Assembly (NCBI GenBank): GCA_036172245.1
Contig: JAYWIR010000024.1
Location: 2,542,001-2,606,000, forward strand
Direction: 5' to 3'
Source of the DNA: Raillietiella orientalis
Taxonomy: Eukaryota
DNA length: 64,000 nucleotides
Positions 13,300 through 24,765 of the stretch are shown piece after piece. Position numbers and translations under genes: made by a program. The stretch's first letter is position 1, and each line of letters opens with the position of its first letter. The notes beneath the pieces are model-generated. The model saw only the letters and a program-made list of their open reading frames with translations. It was not told the DNA's origin and did not search any database.

Positions 13300-14350
13300 G
13301 TCGCCGTACCAGTCGCTTCCAAGGCCGCCCGCCCGCCCGCAGCTTCTCCCTGCCTGTTCGATTGCGTCCGCCGCCGCCCGTTCTCTCCCATCGCCTCTCC
13401 TCCCCGTCGAAGTAGAAAATTCGATTCCCGTGAAATCCGCGTGGCGGCGCGGCAGCCGGAGCGGAAACCGTCGCTCGTGGTTCCCGCTCTTCCTCCCACC
13501 GCCTCCGGACCAGTGGGCCAGCGAGGCACATACCAGCTCCGCGGAATGCAGATTTCTCCTCCCGGTTTTTCTCTGGGGATCGGCTGGTGTCGGGTCACGC
13601 CGTGTACCAGGAAGAAGCCGAGCCAAAGGGCACCGAGGGACGAAGGGCGCCAGAGTAGTCCTGGATTTTGCCCTTCCCTGGTAAGGTCTCCACTGGTTTC
13701 CGGCAACGCAGGGCCCTCGCTGCTTCCGCCGGACGCCCCCGTGATCTCCATCCCCCTTCCTCCCCCACTCACGGGGAGGGATCCCCTACGCGGAGCACCC
13801 GTGGTAGTGGCCACTGCTTATCGTCAGAGAGCCACACCGCCTTTGACCAATGGGCGGACTCTGCGATTCCCCAAACGACGTCCACGGCATGGTCACCCAC
13901 CCTCCGCGTAGACCGCTCCCTCCGCCCTCCGGCACATGCGCGCGAGGAGGTCGCCTCTGGGGATGGCAGGATCTCTGGAGCGCGGGATGGACGTCGTGGG
14001 GATTATACGCCAGCGAGGCCTCCCCACCTTCCTATGCCTGCTCCTAGATCCTGCAGCGGAGGATAGGGGTCTCAGAGAGGCTCCCCCTTCATCCGGGGCA
14101 GGGTTGTTCCTTCGTGCCCGCGTCACGCTCGCATTCTGGCAGTGGGGATGCCAGCTCCTGACAGGGAAAGCGCCGAAAGGACGAAGACGTCAGCGAGAAG
14201 CTTCCAAGGACGAGGTCGTAGGGTATCTCTCGAAAAGCGGGACCGAAAAAGCAACTTCCAGTTTCTGGAAGACGAAGAGGTCTAGCGCAAGTGAGCAGGG
14301 GGAAGATCCCCTGTCCAGGACCCCGTCCTGGGCCCAGAAAGAGGCAGGGA
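13300..14350 (-). mobile_element. APE endonuclease relic(s) of L1/Tx1-like elements
   Basis: ALDLFVFQKL (D+..LQET-like), SWYVP (N.YAP-like), HADFTG (GDFN-like). Confidence 0.35.
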
Positions 14351-15319
14351 AACTCGTCTTCCGGTCTTGCGGAAGTCGACTGCAGCATTCCTTCCCATGA
14401 GTGGGTCCCTCTCCTCTCTCTGTCCTTTCCGCTTCTTCCCTCCCCCATTTTCCCACCTTGTTCGGGGAGAAAGATGCTGGAATGAGGGGAGGGGGGAGAA
14501 AGAAGCCGAAGATGGAATAGCGGACCGAAAGGATGGAAAGAGTGTGCCAGGAGGAAGGGAATCACGGAGTCGCCGCGGACCAGCAGGAGGGGGGCGCGCG
14601 CCCAGGATAGCACCGTCTTCCTGGAGGCGGCGGCAGCTGCCCCGCTGCCCGCCACTACGCGCTTCCGTTCTCCTCCACAGCTCACCTGCACGTGCTCCCC
14701 ATCCGCGTGGGTGGGGAAGGCGCGGCAGCCCACTCGCAGAGTCAGGTCTGGGCGCACCAGAGGGAGAGCCAGACAGCTCCATCAACCGTCCAGCGTGCGG
14801 GGCCGAGAGATCGTCCTCTCTCTTGGGCATTCTTCTGAAAGATGCCTCCTTGTGCATTCCAAGGATGGACGTGGGGAAGGGGAGTGCGAAGGCGCGCCCG
14901 CCGTTCTGGGAGGAGGGCGATGCCGGGGGGATGCCGCTCCTGGACCCTGGAAGAAGCCAGGAGGACATCTCGGGCGAATTGTCGAGGTCTGCGCTTCAGC
15001 CGCGAGGCGAGGCCTCGGTCCCCGTCGGGACCTCGGGGATGAGGAGAGGCTGCTGCGGTGTTGGCAACGCCAGCCGCCAGCGGGGCCTGCACCTCATTCC
15101 TCTGGTCGAAGAAGTCAAGGTGGCGTGACCAGAGACCTTTTCAGATCCACTTCCTGGCCCAACGTTCGCACCCTGCAAGAGCGGGTGAGATGGGAGCTCC
15201 ATGAGCCTTTCTCCTGCCTACGGTCCACTCCGTGTGAACGGCGGGGATGGCGTGTCGCTGGCAGGTGGAGTGTGGGCTGTCGCTGTTGGCAATGGCCTCC
15301 GGGCTTCGTGAGGCACGAA

Positions 15320-15447
15320 GCCGGAAGGGACTCGGCGGGGGAACGGGAGTTGTGGGCACACCCGTTCCCAGAGGAAAGAGGGAAGTACCCCCTCTCGCGG
15401 ACAGTGTACGAAGAGATCGTCGCCCTGCGGCTCCGGAAGTGCGAAGG
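15320..15447 (+). repeat. Direct repeat copy B (partner 12375-12499)
   Basis: Shared sequence GCCGGAAGGGACYCGGCGGGGGAACGGGAGTTGTGGGCAC...CGGCTCCGGAAG. Confidence 0.9.
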
Positions 15448-16832
15448 GAACCTCTGGGGAGGACCATCGGGGGAAAGGACTTCGTGAAAGAGGTGATGGC
15501 CCGGGGGGAAGCGGCAGGAGGCGGTCGGAAGCCCCGGGGGAGAGGAATGGAGGGCCATTGAGGGAGGACCTTTCGATTTCAGGAGGGCCACGAGTGGACG
15601 ATCGGATTCGTGCTGCCCTCCTCGGCGGAGGGAACTAAACGCCGGGTGCGGCCGAAGAGGTCGCACGTTCTCCTCGGTTGGCGCCTCGGGACTTGAAGGA
15701 AGTCTCTTCCGTTGGGGGGTGCCCGCTGTTTCCCTCGTTCCGGGGGTCATGTGACAGAAGAGCGGGAAGAGGAGGAAGTGCTTGGCGACGGTGGTTGGGG
15801 TGAGGACGAGGACCGAGAGGTCGTCCCTTGCTTTGCTTCCCTTCCCCTGAGCCCTTCTTTCCTCCCTTGGCAGGGGTGAGAGAGCGGGCGACATTCACTT
15901 TGGCGCAGCCACGTCTCCCTTTCCTCCTTTCTCTTCCCCGCCGAGCGCGGCTAAGAGAAAGGGAAAGGGGAAGTCCTCTTTTCTTTCCGCTTCCGTCTTT
16001 CCAGGATTTCCTGCTCTGCCGGATGGTCGTGAGCGTCCTGGGAAGGCAGGAATGGGGTGTCATCGATGGGGTGGAAGAGGAAAAACGCAGTTGCCAAGGG
16101 AATGGGCACTCCTGTGCCACCCGATCCTCGGGTGACGGAAGTAGGACGGAGATGACGGTAGTAGGGCGCCCTTGTTTCTCGCGTTCAGGAGGATGGGCGG
16201 CCACCTCGATAGGAGGGGAATGAGAAGGAAGACCCAGGAGGGGGGAAGGTCAAAAGCGTCCGGGACATTCTCAATTTCCAGATCTTCCCCTCGAAGCGCC
16301 CTCTTCCTTCTTTCCTTCTCTCCCCCCCCTCCTCCCATCGCTTGCTCCCTCAACCCTCTCCTTTCCGGGGCGCTGCCTCCTCTCCTCCTGACCTTCCGCA
16401 CCCTTCCCTCCCTCCATCTGCTCCTTGTTTGTCGGGGAAGGAGGGAGGGGCCGGCGTGAGCGCCATCCTCTCGCCAAAGGGTTCCTCCTGAGAGGACAGG
16501 GAGGGAGGCGGAGGGGAAGGACAAACTCCCTTGAAGCGCGCGCCGCCTCCTGAAGGGAAGAAAAGGGGAAGCAGGGAGGAGAGGAGGGGGAGACTCCTCT
16601 GCTCCCTGGGGAGGCGGAAGGGAAAAGGAGAGATTGATTCCCTCTCAAAGTCCTCACCCCTCCCTCCTGGCTTCCCTCCGCCCGCGACGCGGAAGGGGAA
16701 AAGATTGTCGACGCGGCCGCCGTTGTCCGGGAGACGGGATTCCTGCTCCCTACGGGGAAGGGGCCTGACCCGGCCGAGGGCATCCACGAATCACGAGATT
16801 TTTTTTTTTTTTCCTTTTTGGCAAGGCGACAT

Positions 16833-16838
16833 TTTATT
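16833..16838 (-). terminator. Candidate polyadenylation signal (AATAAA) of FoxB
   Basis: First AATAAA on minus after the FoxB stop, about 290 nt downstream. Confidence 0.6.
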
Positions 16839-17125
16839 CCTGGAGTCGCCCCCACCACCCCCGCTCCGGGGAAGGGAGAAGGGAGGGGGAAGGGGCTGCT
16901 TGTCCGCGCTTCACAGCAGCGCTGTGGTGGCCCTCCGTCGATCCAGGGTCGTCAATCACAGGAGCCCCTGTCTTCTTCCTGCTTCCCATTCGCGAGAATC
17001 TTGGGTCCGGGGCAATGAGGAGGGACGGGGGCGGATGGGGAAAGGGCACAGAGAAGCTTTTCTCTCGAGGAAGGAGGGAAGTGGGGAGGGGGGAGGGCGG
17101 GCAGGCCTCCCTTCTTCTGGCGCAC

Positions 17126-17876
17126 CTAAATTTTCAGGGTCCGCTTGAAGGCGTCTCGATCGCCTCCCGTGGGTGGCGCCAGGATCGAGGTCGGTGGCGA
17201 GGGCAGCAGCAGCAGCGGAAGGGGCCTGGCCCGCCTGGGGGACTGCGGCGACCGCAGCGGCGGTTCGCTGCCCTTCCTGGGCGGGGACGCCGAGGACAGC
17301 GCCCCGTCCGATCCGGGCGGTGGGGACGGGCCGCCGCCCAGAAGGGACTTGGCGGTGGCGGCGGCGGCGAAGGGGGGGGGGGGACCGCAGCGGAGGTGCA
17401 CCGGTTTGAGGGCGGGCGGGGGGCAGCAGGGCGGTGGTGCCGCGGCGGGAGGCGAGCCGTACACGCAGCCCACCAGGGCTGCGTTCCCGTAAAGCAAGCC
17501 CGGGGCGAGGAGGCGGCGGCGGTGGTCCAGCTCTGCGGCGGCAGCGGCCTGTAGGTAAGGGTAGGCGGGGGCGGGGGCTCCGGGAGGCGAGTTCATGGCG
17601 GAAGGGGGGGCGGGAAGGCAGTAGACGGACAGGGGCGGAGCCGCCGTGGTGGTGGTGGTCGCCGCTGCTGCCGCCGCTGCCGCAGCGGCGGCGGCGGCGG
17701 CCACGTAAGGGTGGCACGTCCCGGCGGCGGCGGCGGCCGCTCCCAGGTGGTAGGCGGCTGCGGCTGCGGCGGCTGCCGCGTAGGGCAATCCACCCCCTCC
17801 TCCTCCTCCGGCGACTGCGGCTGCCGGGAGGGGGTGGGAGGCGCGGAGGAAGGCCGCCGCCTGCTTCTGAAGGTGG

Positions 17877-17912
<36 letters not shown>

Positions 17913-18709
17913 TGCTGGTGGTGGTGGCGCTGGCGGGGCTCGTCGCGGACTCCCAGCAGACTGTCGATGCTGAAGGAGCTGCGCCGCCTTCCGGGCTTGC
18001 CGACGACTCCCGCGCCTTCGTCTCCGCTCCCCGCCGGCGGCTGGCGCTGCTGCAGCTGCTGGCGCTCCTTCTTCTTCCCATCGTCTTCTTCGTCCGCCTC
18101 CATCCCCTCGGACTCGTCGTCCTCCTGGCGACGGCACTTGTGACTAGCGTGGTGGTGGTGATGGTGGTGGTGGTGGTGGTGGTAGAGGAGGTGGTGGTGC
18201 GGCGGCGGCGGGTGGGGGGAGGTCGCCCTCACCATCCCAGAGAGGGGGTGCTGCTGCTGGAGCTGCTGCTGGTGATGGTGGTGATGGTGGTGAGGCAGCG
18301 GAGCCACCGGTGCCGTCTTGGACGGGTTCGCCAGCTGCGCCAGGCTGGACTGCAGCATTTCCTTCTCCTGCTTGGGCAGCTTGAAGCGCTTCCGGCGGCG
18401 CAGGAAGCTGCCATTCTCGAACATGTCGGCGCAGGAGGGGTGCAGCGCCCAGTAGGCGCCCTTGCCCGGGCGGTCGGGGCGCCGCGGTATCTTGATGAAG
18501 CAGTCGTTGAAGGACAGGTTGTGCCGCAGGGAGTTCTGCCACCGCTGCGTGTTCCGGCGGTAGTAGGGGAAGCGGTCCATGATGAAGCGGTATATCTCCG
18601 AGAGCGTCAGCATCTTCTCCGCGGAGCTCTGGATCGCCATGGTCGTTAGTGTGATGTAGGAGTAGGGAGGCTTCTGGTCGCTGTACGTGTTGCGGCTGGG
18701 GCGAGGCAT
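17126..18709 (-). CDS. FoxB: Forkhead box B transcription factor (FoxB / fd96C-like), single coding exon, 527 aa
   Basis: N-terminal [18 protein letters not shown]...[36 protein letters not shown]...[15 protein letters not shown] is a FoxB-class forkhead domain; eh1 motif FSIDSLL; uninterrupted ATG..TAG frame with strong GC3 bias. Confidence 0.96.
17879..17917 (-). repeat. CAG trinucleotide repeat encoding Q13 in FoxB
   Basis: (CAG)2 CAA (CAG)10 on minus strand. Confidence 0.95.
17954..17974 (-). other. eh1 Groucho/TLE-binding motif (FSIDSLL) within FoxB
   Basis: Matches the FSIxxIL/LL eh1 consensus known in FoxB proteins. Confidence 0.85.
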
Positions 18710-19059
18710 CCTCTTTCTCTCTCCCCCGCGCGCTCGCCCGCGGGCGTCCCGCTGCCGGGGCGGGCGGGCAGGGAGAGGGGGCTTCGGGAGAGGAGGGGCC
18801 GGCGGTCGGCGCCGGAGCTGGGGAGACGACCGCTTTCGCCCACGGGGAGGGGACTACTTCGCCCGTACCGAGAGGGGGAGGGGCAGGAGGGGGAGGGGGG
18901 AGCAGGAAGGAGACCGAGGACCGACCTTCGCTCGGGAGCGGCTGCGGGCGACCACGGCGGGGAGGAGATGGTTTCGTGCCCGCTCTGCTGCGGCTGCGGA
19001 GCGGCGTCCGAGCGCCGAAGATGCCCACACAACACGCGCGAGCACACCGCCTGCCTTCT

Positions 19060-19270
19060 GGGCAGCGACTGCGGGCCGCGAGCTTCGCCTGCCGCGAGAG
19101 CGGTCATGGAAGCGCTCGGCCGAGGCGTCTGATTGGGCCGAGCGGAGGCACGCCTACAAGGACGGAGAGCTCAATCATTGGGTCTTTGGACAGCTGCCGC
19201 CCCTTCCTCGCAGAAGCTCAGCCGCGCGCGACGCGCCGCGTGGAGGCGCGCCCGGTTGTTTGCTCTTTTA
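19060..19270 (-). promoter_or_regulatory. Putative FoxB TATA-less core/proximal promoter
   Basis: Inr-like GCAGTC (A at 19070); two CCAAT boxes on minus (about 19132-19136 and 19178-19182); forkhead site GCAAACA at about 19257-19263; no minus-strand ATG between 19070 and the start codon. Confidence 0.45.
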
Positions 19271-20277
19271 GAAGGCCGCGCTTTCCAGCAGGACTTTTTC
19301 CCGTCTCTCTCTCCCCCTCCAAATTTTCCTGCCGCCCACTCGTTTCTCCCACTCCCTTTCCCCCCCCCCCCCTTTCATCTCGCCCCGGCCGACCGACCGA
19401 CCTCAGGACACGGAGAACCCGCGTCTTCCAGCGCGCGTCTGGGGAAGCGACTGTCCCGCAGGCGGAATCCATAACAGGGGATCCTAGCGGAGGGGAAGGA
19501 GGGAAGGGGGAGGGGTGTAGTAAAGCATGGACCCTATTCTTCCCCCTCCTTTCCCCTGCACTCGCTGCCTCCTTCCTTCGGTTGCCGCCGCTGCTCAAGA
19601 GCTGTTTCCTTGGAGACCAGGAGGAGCACCAAAGAAGGGCGGGGGGGGGGAGTCGTCTGCCCCATGCACGCTCCTGCCGGAGGCAGTCCTCTGATACCGC
19701 GGTTGTGGGGTAGGAAAGGGGGGAAGATGCCACTCTCCCGACCCTCCCCCTCCTCTCCTCCGTGAGAGCGCGTCTGCGACGCTGCTCCCTCCTTTCCGCA
19801 CGGCACGGCAGTGGAGGTGGGAGGCTGCTCACCCTCGTTCCCGAGGGACACCACGCACCTGCAGCCTGAGGGATGGAAAGGAACACCCTGGTCAGCTGCG
19901 CCCGGCGAGATCGCAGCCGGGATGGTGGGGAAGGGGCTAGGGGAGCCATCGCCCTGCCCGCGCGGGGTAAGGGGGTCAAGAGAGCTGTGTGAGGGTGTGG
20001 TCCGCGCCCACTCTTTACGGCAAACCGAAACCGCGCTGAGGAGCAGGAGAGCACGATTTCCGATCACCCCGGGGTCCCCTCCCCTTTCCTCAACGGAGGG
20101 GGGGGGGAGGGACGGAACGGAACGAGCAAAGGGCGAGATGCGGCCCTACGCGGGTGGAGCGGGGTGGCGGAGGCATCCCGGAGGCAGAGGGGAAGCCTTC
20201 CTTCCCCCCGCCGCTGTCGCCGGGACGGCTCACGTCCCGGGCCGGGAGCAGCTCACGGAGAGGCCCCGGTGCTGCGC

Positions 20278-20499
20278 GCTCCCATGGCAACGGTCGTCCC
20301 GTCGTTCGCTAATTTGTAGCCGTGTCGGCGGGGGTGCCCCAGGAATGCGGCCGGGCGGCGAAATTGCGCCCGCGCAGGACTGATTACAGCCGCCGGGGCG
20401 ACCCGCCGGGGGCGGCGCGCCCGCTGACGCCCGGCCTCTCATTATCACGCCTCCTCCCTGGACGGCCCGCTGGGGGCGGCGCGGCGCGGTTGCCTCTGA

Positions 20500-20531
<32 letters not shown>

Positions 20532-20600
20532 AGCCGCCGTTACCGCCGCCCGCAGCCGCGTGCGCGCGCGCGAGCGCGAGTGAGCGCGCGAGTGAGCGTC
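20278..20600. promoter_or_regulatory. Candidate upstream regulatory island with (GCC)10 repeat
   Basis: CCATGGCAAC, CTAATTTG, TGATTACA and CATTATCA in a very GC-rich context; (GCC)10 at 20500-20529; CG-alternating run at 20561-20590. Confidence 0.4.
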
Positions 20601-21399
20601 CACGCCTCCTTCGCCCCCTATCCTCCCCTCCCCCCTTCCCGTCAGGACGCTTCCCCGCAGCCGCGAGCGAGCCTGAGAGGTCACTGCCGATGCTCCCTGT
20701 TGCCACGGCAGCGGCACTCTCCCCAGGGCTGTTTTTTTCCGCGCTCCCAGCGTCCCCTCGGGAGAGACACCGCGAGCATCCCCGATCGGAATGCGTGCCG
20801 GAGGAGCGGTCAAACGCACCGACGCTCCGGGGGCAGGCGGAGGGGAGGGAACGAGGGAGGAGAGGGGTGGGGTGGAAAAGGGGGTGAGGAAAAGCGATTC
20901 CGGGAAAGGAGGAGGGCTGCCCCCGGCTCTCCTGACGCCTCCTTTGCGGCCCGCCCATTCCCCGGGGGGAAGTACTACCTCGAGGTACCCGCGCGAGCCC
21001 CCCACGCGACCACCCGAGGCGAAATCCCGATGGAGCGCTCTCCCTCCCGTCCGGGTGCTGCTCTCGCGTAGCAGCATCCGGATCTCGCACGTCCACGTCT
21101 CCTTGGCTGCCGGTCGAAAGGGTCCGATCGCAGAGAGAGCGGCGAGCCGCGCTGGGGACGCGCTTCCCTCATTTTCATGGTTTCCCACCGTCCTCATGAG
21201 GTCACTGGCGCGCACGCTAGGGGTCGCCGCCGCGCGTTTTTCTTCCCCTCCCCCCCCCTTCTTCTACCCCTTCATTTCGTCCTGGAGGAACCGGATTTGG
21301 GTTTTGTTAGCTCTCTCATCCCCTATCCCCTTTCCGTAGGAGGAGGGGGTGGGGTATTTTGGGGGTCTCGAAATTTTCCCCGGGACACCGACTCTTTGG

Positions 21400-22900
21400 G
21401 GCTGACGGCGGCGGCCGTTCCGGTCTTCTTCCTCCGAGCAACTTTCCCCCGTCCACCCTGAGCGCAGGCGCTGGCTCCATGGGAGAGGTTGCCAACAGTC
21501 AACGCCTCTCCTCCCTCTCCCCCTCGTCTTCTGCGCCTTGCTGCCGATGGACCCTGCCTGCTCTCCGCGGTCGCTGCCGCCCGGAGCCCTGAGGTGAGAA
21601 GTCACGCGCTTTCTTCTCCACGGCAGGCGATGCTGCCCCCGTGAGGATGGGGGAGGAAGGGGAGCGTCCGCGGATTGAGGCGACGGGGAGCGCCCTATTC
21701 GGGCAGCATCCGGAGTTCTGGATCCTCTTCGGGTCGGGTGCTGAGAGTCGGACCTTTGGCGGCTGAGCTGGGATGACCTGACGATTGTGGTCATCAGCAA
21801 CAGCGCACGCCGCGCTTTGCTCTGCAGCTGCTGCCACCACTCTTGCGAGGGAAGAGAGACTGTTGGCCAAGAACAGGAAGGGCAGAGAGAGGGTGCCCCT
21901 TTTCCCTGACTCACGGGTTCACCTGGACTTCGTCTCCATCGGGACGCTGAACTCTCCAGGTGGTCATCCTTTTCATTTCTTCTTCTTCCTCTCCCTCTCC
22001 CGGTTTTCCCCAGATGGCCGGGGTCTCCGAAGAAGGAGGAAGAAGGGAGGAAAAGGAGGAGGAAGAGGAGGGGGAGGAAGGTAAACATCCTCTCCTCCGT
22101 CATCGCCACCTGCGCCACCACCACCACCAGAAAGCTGCTATCAGCAGTTCTTGCCCACGACAGGCCTGAGTGGGAGTGCGAGGGACCGTATTGCCCTCGG
22201 GGTGTGAATTCTGGGTCTCTCCTTCCCAGAGGTTCCTGTCTCCCGTCCAGGAAGATACAGTCCCGTCCTTCCTTCCTCGAGTGGGGGATACCAGCAGCAA
22301 ACGGCTTTTTGAGGGACCGCACGGGGGAGGGGGACCGGCCAGTGTCCCGGCTTCCTAATCTCCCTGGCTTCCTGTGAGGGAGCATCCGACTCGTCGTGGT
22401 CGCCGGGAAAGGGAGACGGCGGAATGGCAAACTGCCGCAACCGAAATCCTGGATGCTTCCAGAGCGCGAGAGGATGGAATTCGGAGGTCCAGTGTCGCAG
22501 CCTCCAGGATGTCTCTGTGACCCCTTCACCCTCTCGAATGAGGGCTACTGAACCAAGGAAGGCAGGGGAACACGGGAAGAGAACGGAAGAGAGGAATGAA
22601 GGTCCTGTCCTCTTGCCCTTCGCGGTACCCCCATCTGTGGAATCATCTCCATCCAGGGGCTGTGCCGCCTCGGCTCGGAGCGCCCCCAAGATGGTCTGGG
22701 ACTCCCGGAACTGAAAGTGGGTTTCCTTGAGAGAATAGCACCTGAGGCACAGGATGAGAGGAACTAGCAGCCAGGATTCTGGGCTTCCCCTAGGCGGAAC
22801 GGGCGCTGCTGGGACTATCCCGACTTTTTCCGCCGGGAGGAAAAATTCCTGGTTTTTCCCGTGGGGAGAGGGAGGGAGGGAGAAAAGCACAGACGCACGG
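21400..22900 (-). mobile_element. L1/Tx1-like RT domain relic
   Basis: In order on minus: KPGHWPVPLP..QK (NWRPISL..K), IFLDG, GKRGTLSLPFLFL (QG.PLSP.LF), AVADDH (YADD), NSGCCPN (SG..N). Confidence 0.6.
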
Positions 22901-24486
22901 GAAAAGGGAGACGTACCTCTCCCCCCGTACTGACCCGCTCTGCCCTCTTCCCTGGGTGGCAGCTAGCTTTGGGCGCGCTCTCCCCGCATCCTCGGGATTT
23001 TTTTATTTTTGTTTTTCCTGTCCTTTTGGTTACTCAGGCATTGTGCTGCCCCGCCTCCCAGGGAGCGGGAGGGGAAGAGAGTCCCCTCTGACGTCGCGGC
23101 TTTCCTGGCGGCGCGCGATTGTTCGCGCGTGTGAACGGCGGCCGGGAAGCGACACCTGTTGGGGGTCAATAAAGTGCCTCTCGGCGCGCGCTGCGGGGTC
23201 CGCGGACCTCTCCCGCCTTTTCTTCTCGCTCCCCGGATCGGGGCGGCGAGAGAGTTGACACCTCCCTTTCGGGATCGGCACTCCCGGCCTTACCACCTAC
23301 CGGCAGGAACTCGGTGTCGCTATTTGAGGAATGTCCCGTAATGACCGCCGCCGCCGCGCGGGGCCCGTCCCGCGTGTTTTCGGGTTTCCCTCCTCCCCCT
23401 TCCCTCCTCCCCCTCCCGCCACTCGGCCGCCTCCTCCGAAAACGCCTCCCGCACCAATTAGGCGGAGGAACGCGCCCCTTCTCCTTCCTTCGCCGCCGCC
23501 CACCGCGCCCCGAGCCGAACGGCACAGCCGTCGCTCGGATGGCGCAGGGTCGAGGAACGGCCGCCGCCGCCGTCCCCGCGCCAACTCCTCCGCTTGCGCA
23601 TCTGGCGCCCGTTGAGCCAGCTGCACCCCGAACCCGAACGGCTGGGGTCGCGCCAGCCTCGCATCCGTTTCCAGGAGGCAGAAGGAGGGATCGCCAACGA
23701 GTCAGCTCCGGGACAGGAAAGGGAGGTGGGATGCCGGCGCTTCTCTGGTCAACAATCTCCTTGAGCTCGGGAGGAGGCGATAATTCCACCTCGCCTTCCC
23801 CCCCCCCCCTCCTCCCTCTTCCTCTTCTTCCTTCCTCCTCCGCCACCTCTAGTCCCCCTCCCCTTTCTCTTCCTCCTCCTTGTCTTTCCCCTTCTTGTTG
23901 TCACCGCGCCCACTCGGGGGTGCGAAAGCGCGCGCGTGCAAGAACTGGGCAGGACCTGAAGAGACGCGAAAAACATGGCCCCATCAGCGGCTCCCTTTGT
24001 CCCGTTGCACGGGGGTGTTGCCTGGGTAACCGAGGAATGCGAGAGCGGACGCGTTCCGTCCGTGGAGGTCCCTCGCGCAAAACGGAGCCGCACCACGTGA
24101 CACCACGGTAACCCGCGTCCATGGCGACCGCCTCGAAAACAAAAAGGAGGAAGGCGGAAAAGAAAAATGACCTTTGGGCCTGCCTTGCCTGCGAGGGAAG
24201 GCGACGACGCCGTTGGCGACGCTGGCCGAACGGGTCCGGGCAGAGGAGATCACCAGATGCCTCGCCATAGGTCGCTGGCACGATGCCAACGATACCTACC
24301 GAGAAGGATAGCTCCTCCTCAAGATAGCTCCTCCCGCTGGAAGGGGGAGAGAGGAGGAACTCATGCCCCTTGAGGAAGTGTTGAACCCTTGCCAAAGTGA
24401 AGGGAGGGAAGAGTCTCGCCTGCGCAGCGGGACGCGGATACTTTCCTGAAAACCCGGAAACGGACAGCTTCCCAGTTGGCGGCCCT

Positions 24487-24765
24487 TCCTTCGTTATCCC
24501 GTTTCTCTCTCCCTTGCCTCCCTCGGCGAGGCATCCCTCTTTCGCGCGCACGCCGCCCGCCGACGAGGAGGTCGCCCTGCTTTTGCGCACGGCGCCGCCT
24601 CTCCGCGGCGAGGGCGTCACCCTGGATGGAGGCGGAGGAAACCTCGAGTGTCCGTACGGAGGACGACGAAAGGGGAGGAGGAGTGACGGCGATTCATCCG
24701 GGACGCCCTTTCTCTTCCCCGACTCGCGGACTCGACCTTTCGGGAACCACCGGCGGCCCGACGAA
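24487..24765 (-). repeat. Inverted repeat left arm (about 280 bp, probably L1 endonuclease/linker-derived; partner about 25950-26233)
   Basis: Aligns to the reverse complement of 25950-26233 at roughly 80% by eye. Confidence 0.85.

Noticed and set aside
17711..18649. 312-aa plus-strand ORF and other long ORFs overlapping FoxB
   Set aside because: Antisense or alternate-frame shadows produced by high GC3 and trinucleotide repeats; low-complexity products with no domain.
21264..22529. 421-aa minus-strand ORF, and similar 200-360 aa ORFs (e.g. 23901-24869, 28238-29143, 50794-51879, 56564-57565)
   Set aside because: Stop-poor GC-rich sequence; Arg/Pro/Gly/Ser-rich; only fragmentary frameshifted TE motifs; not credible genes.
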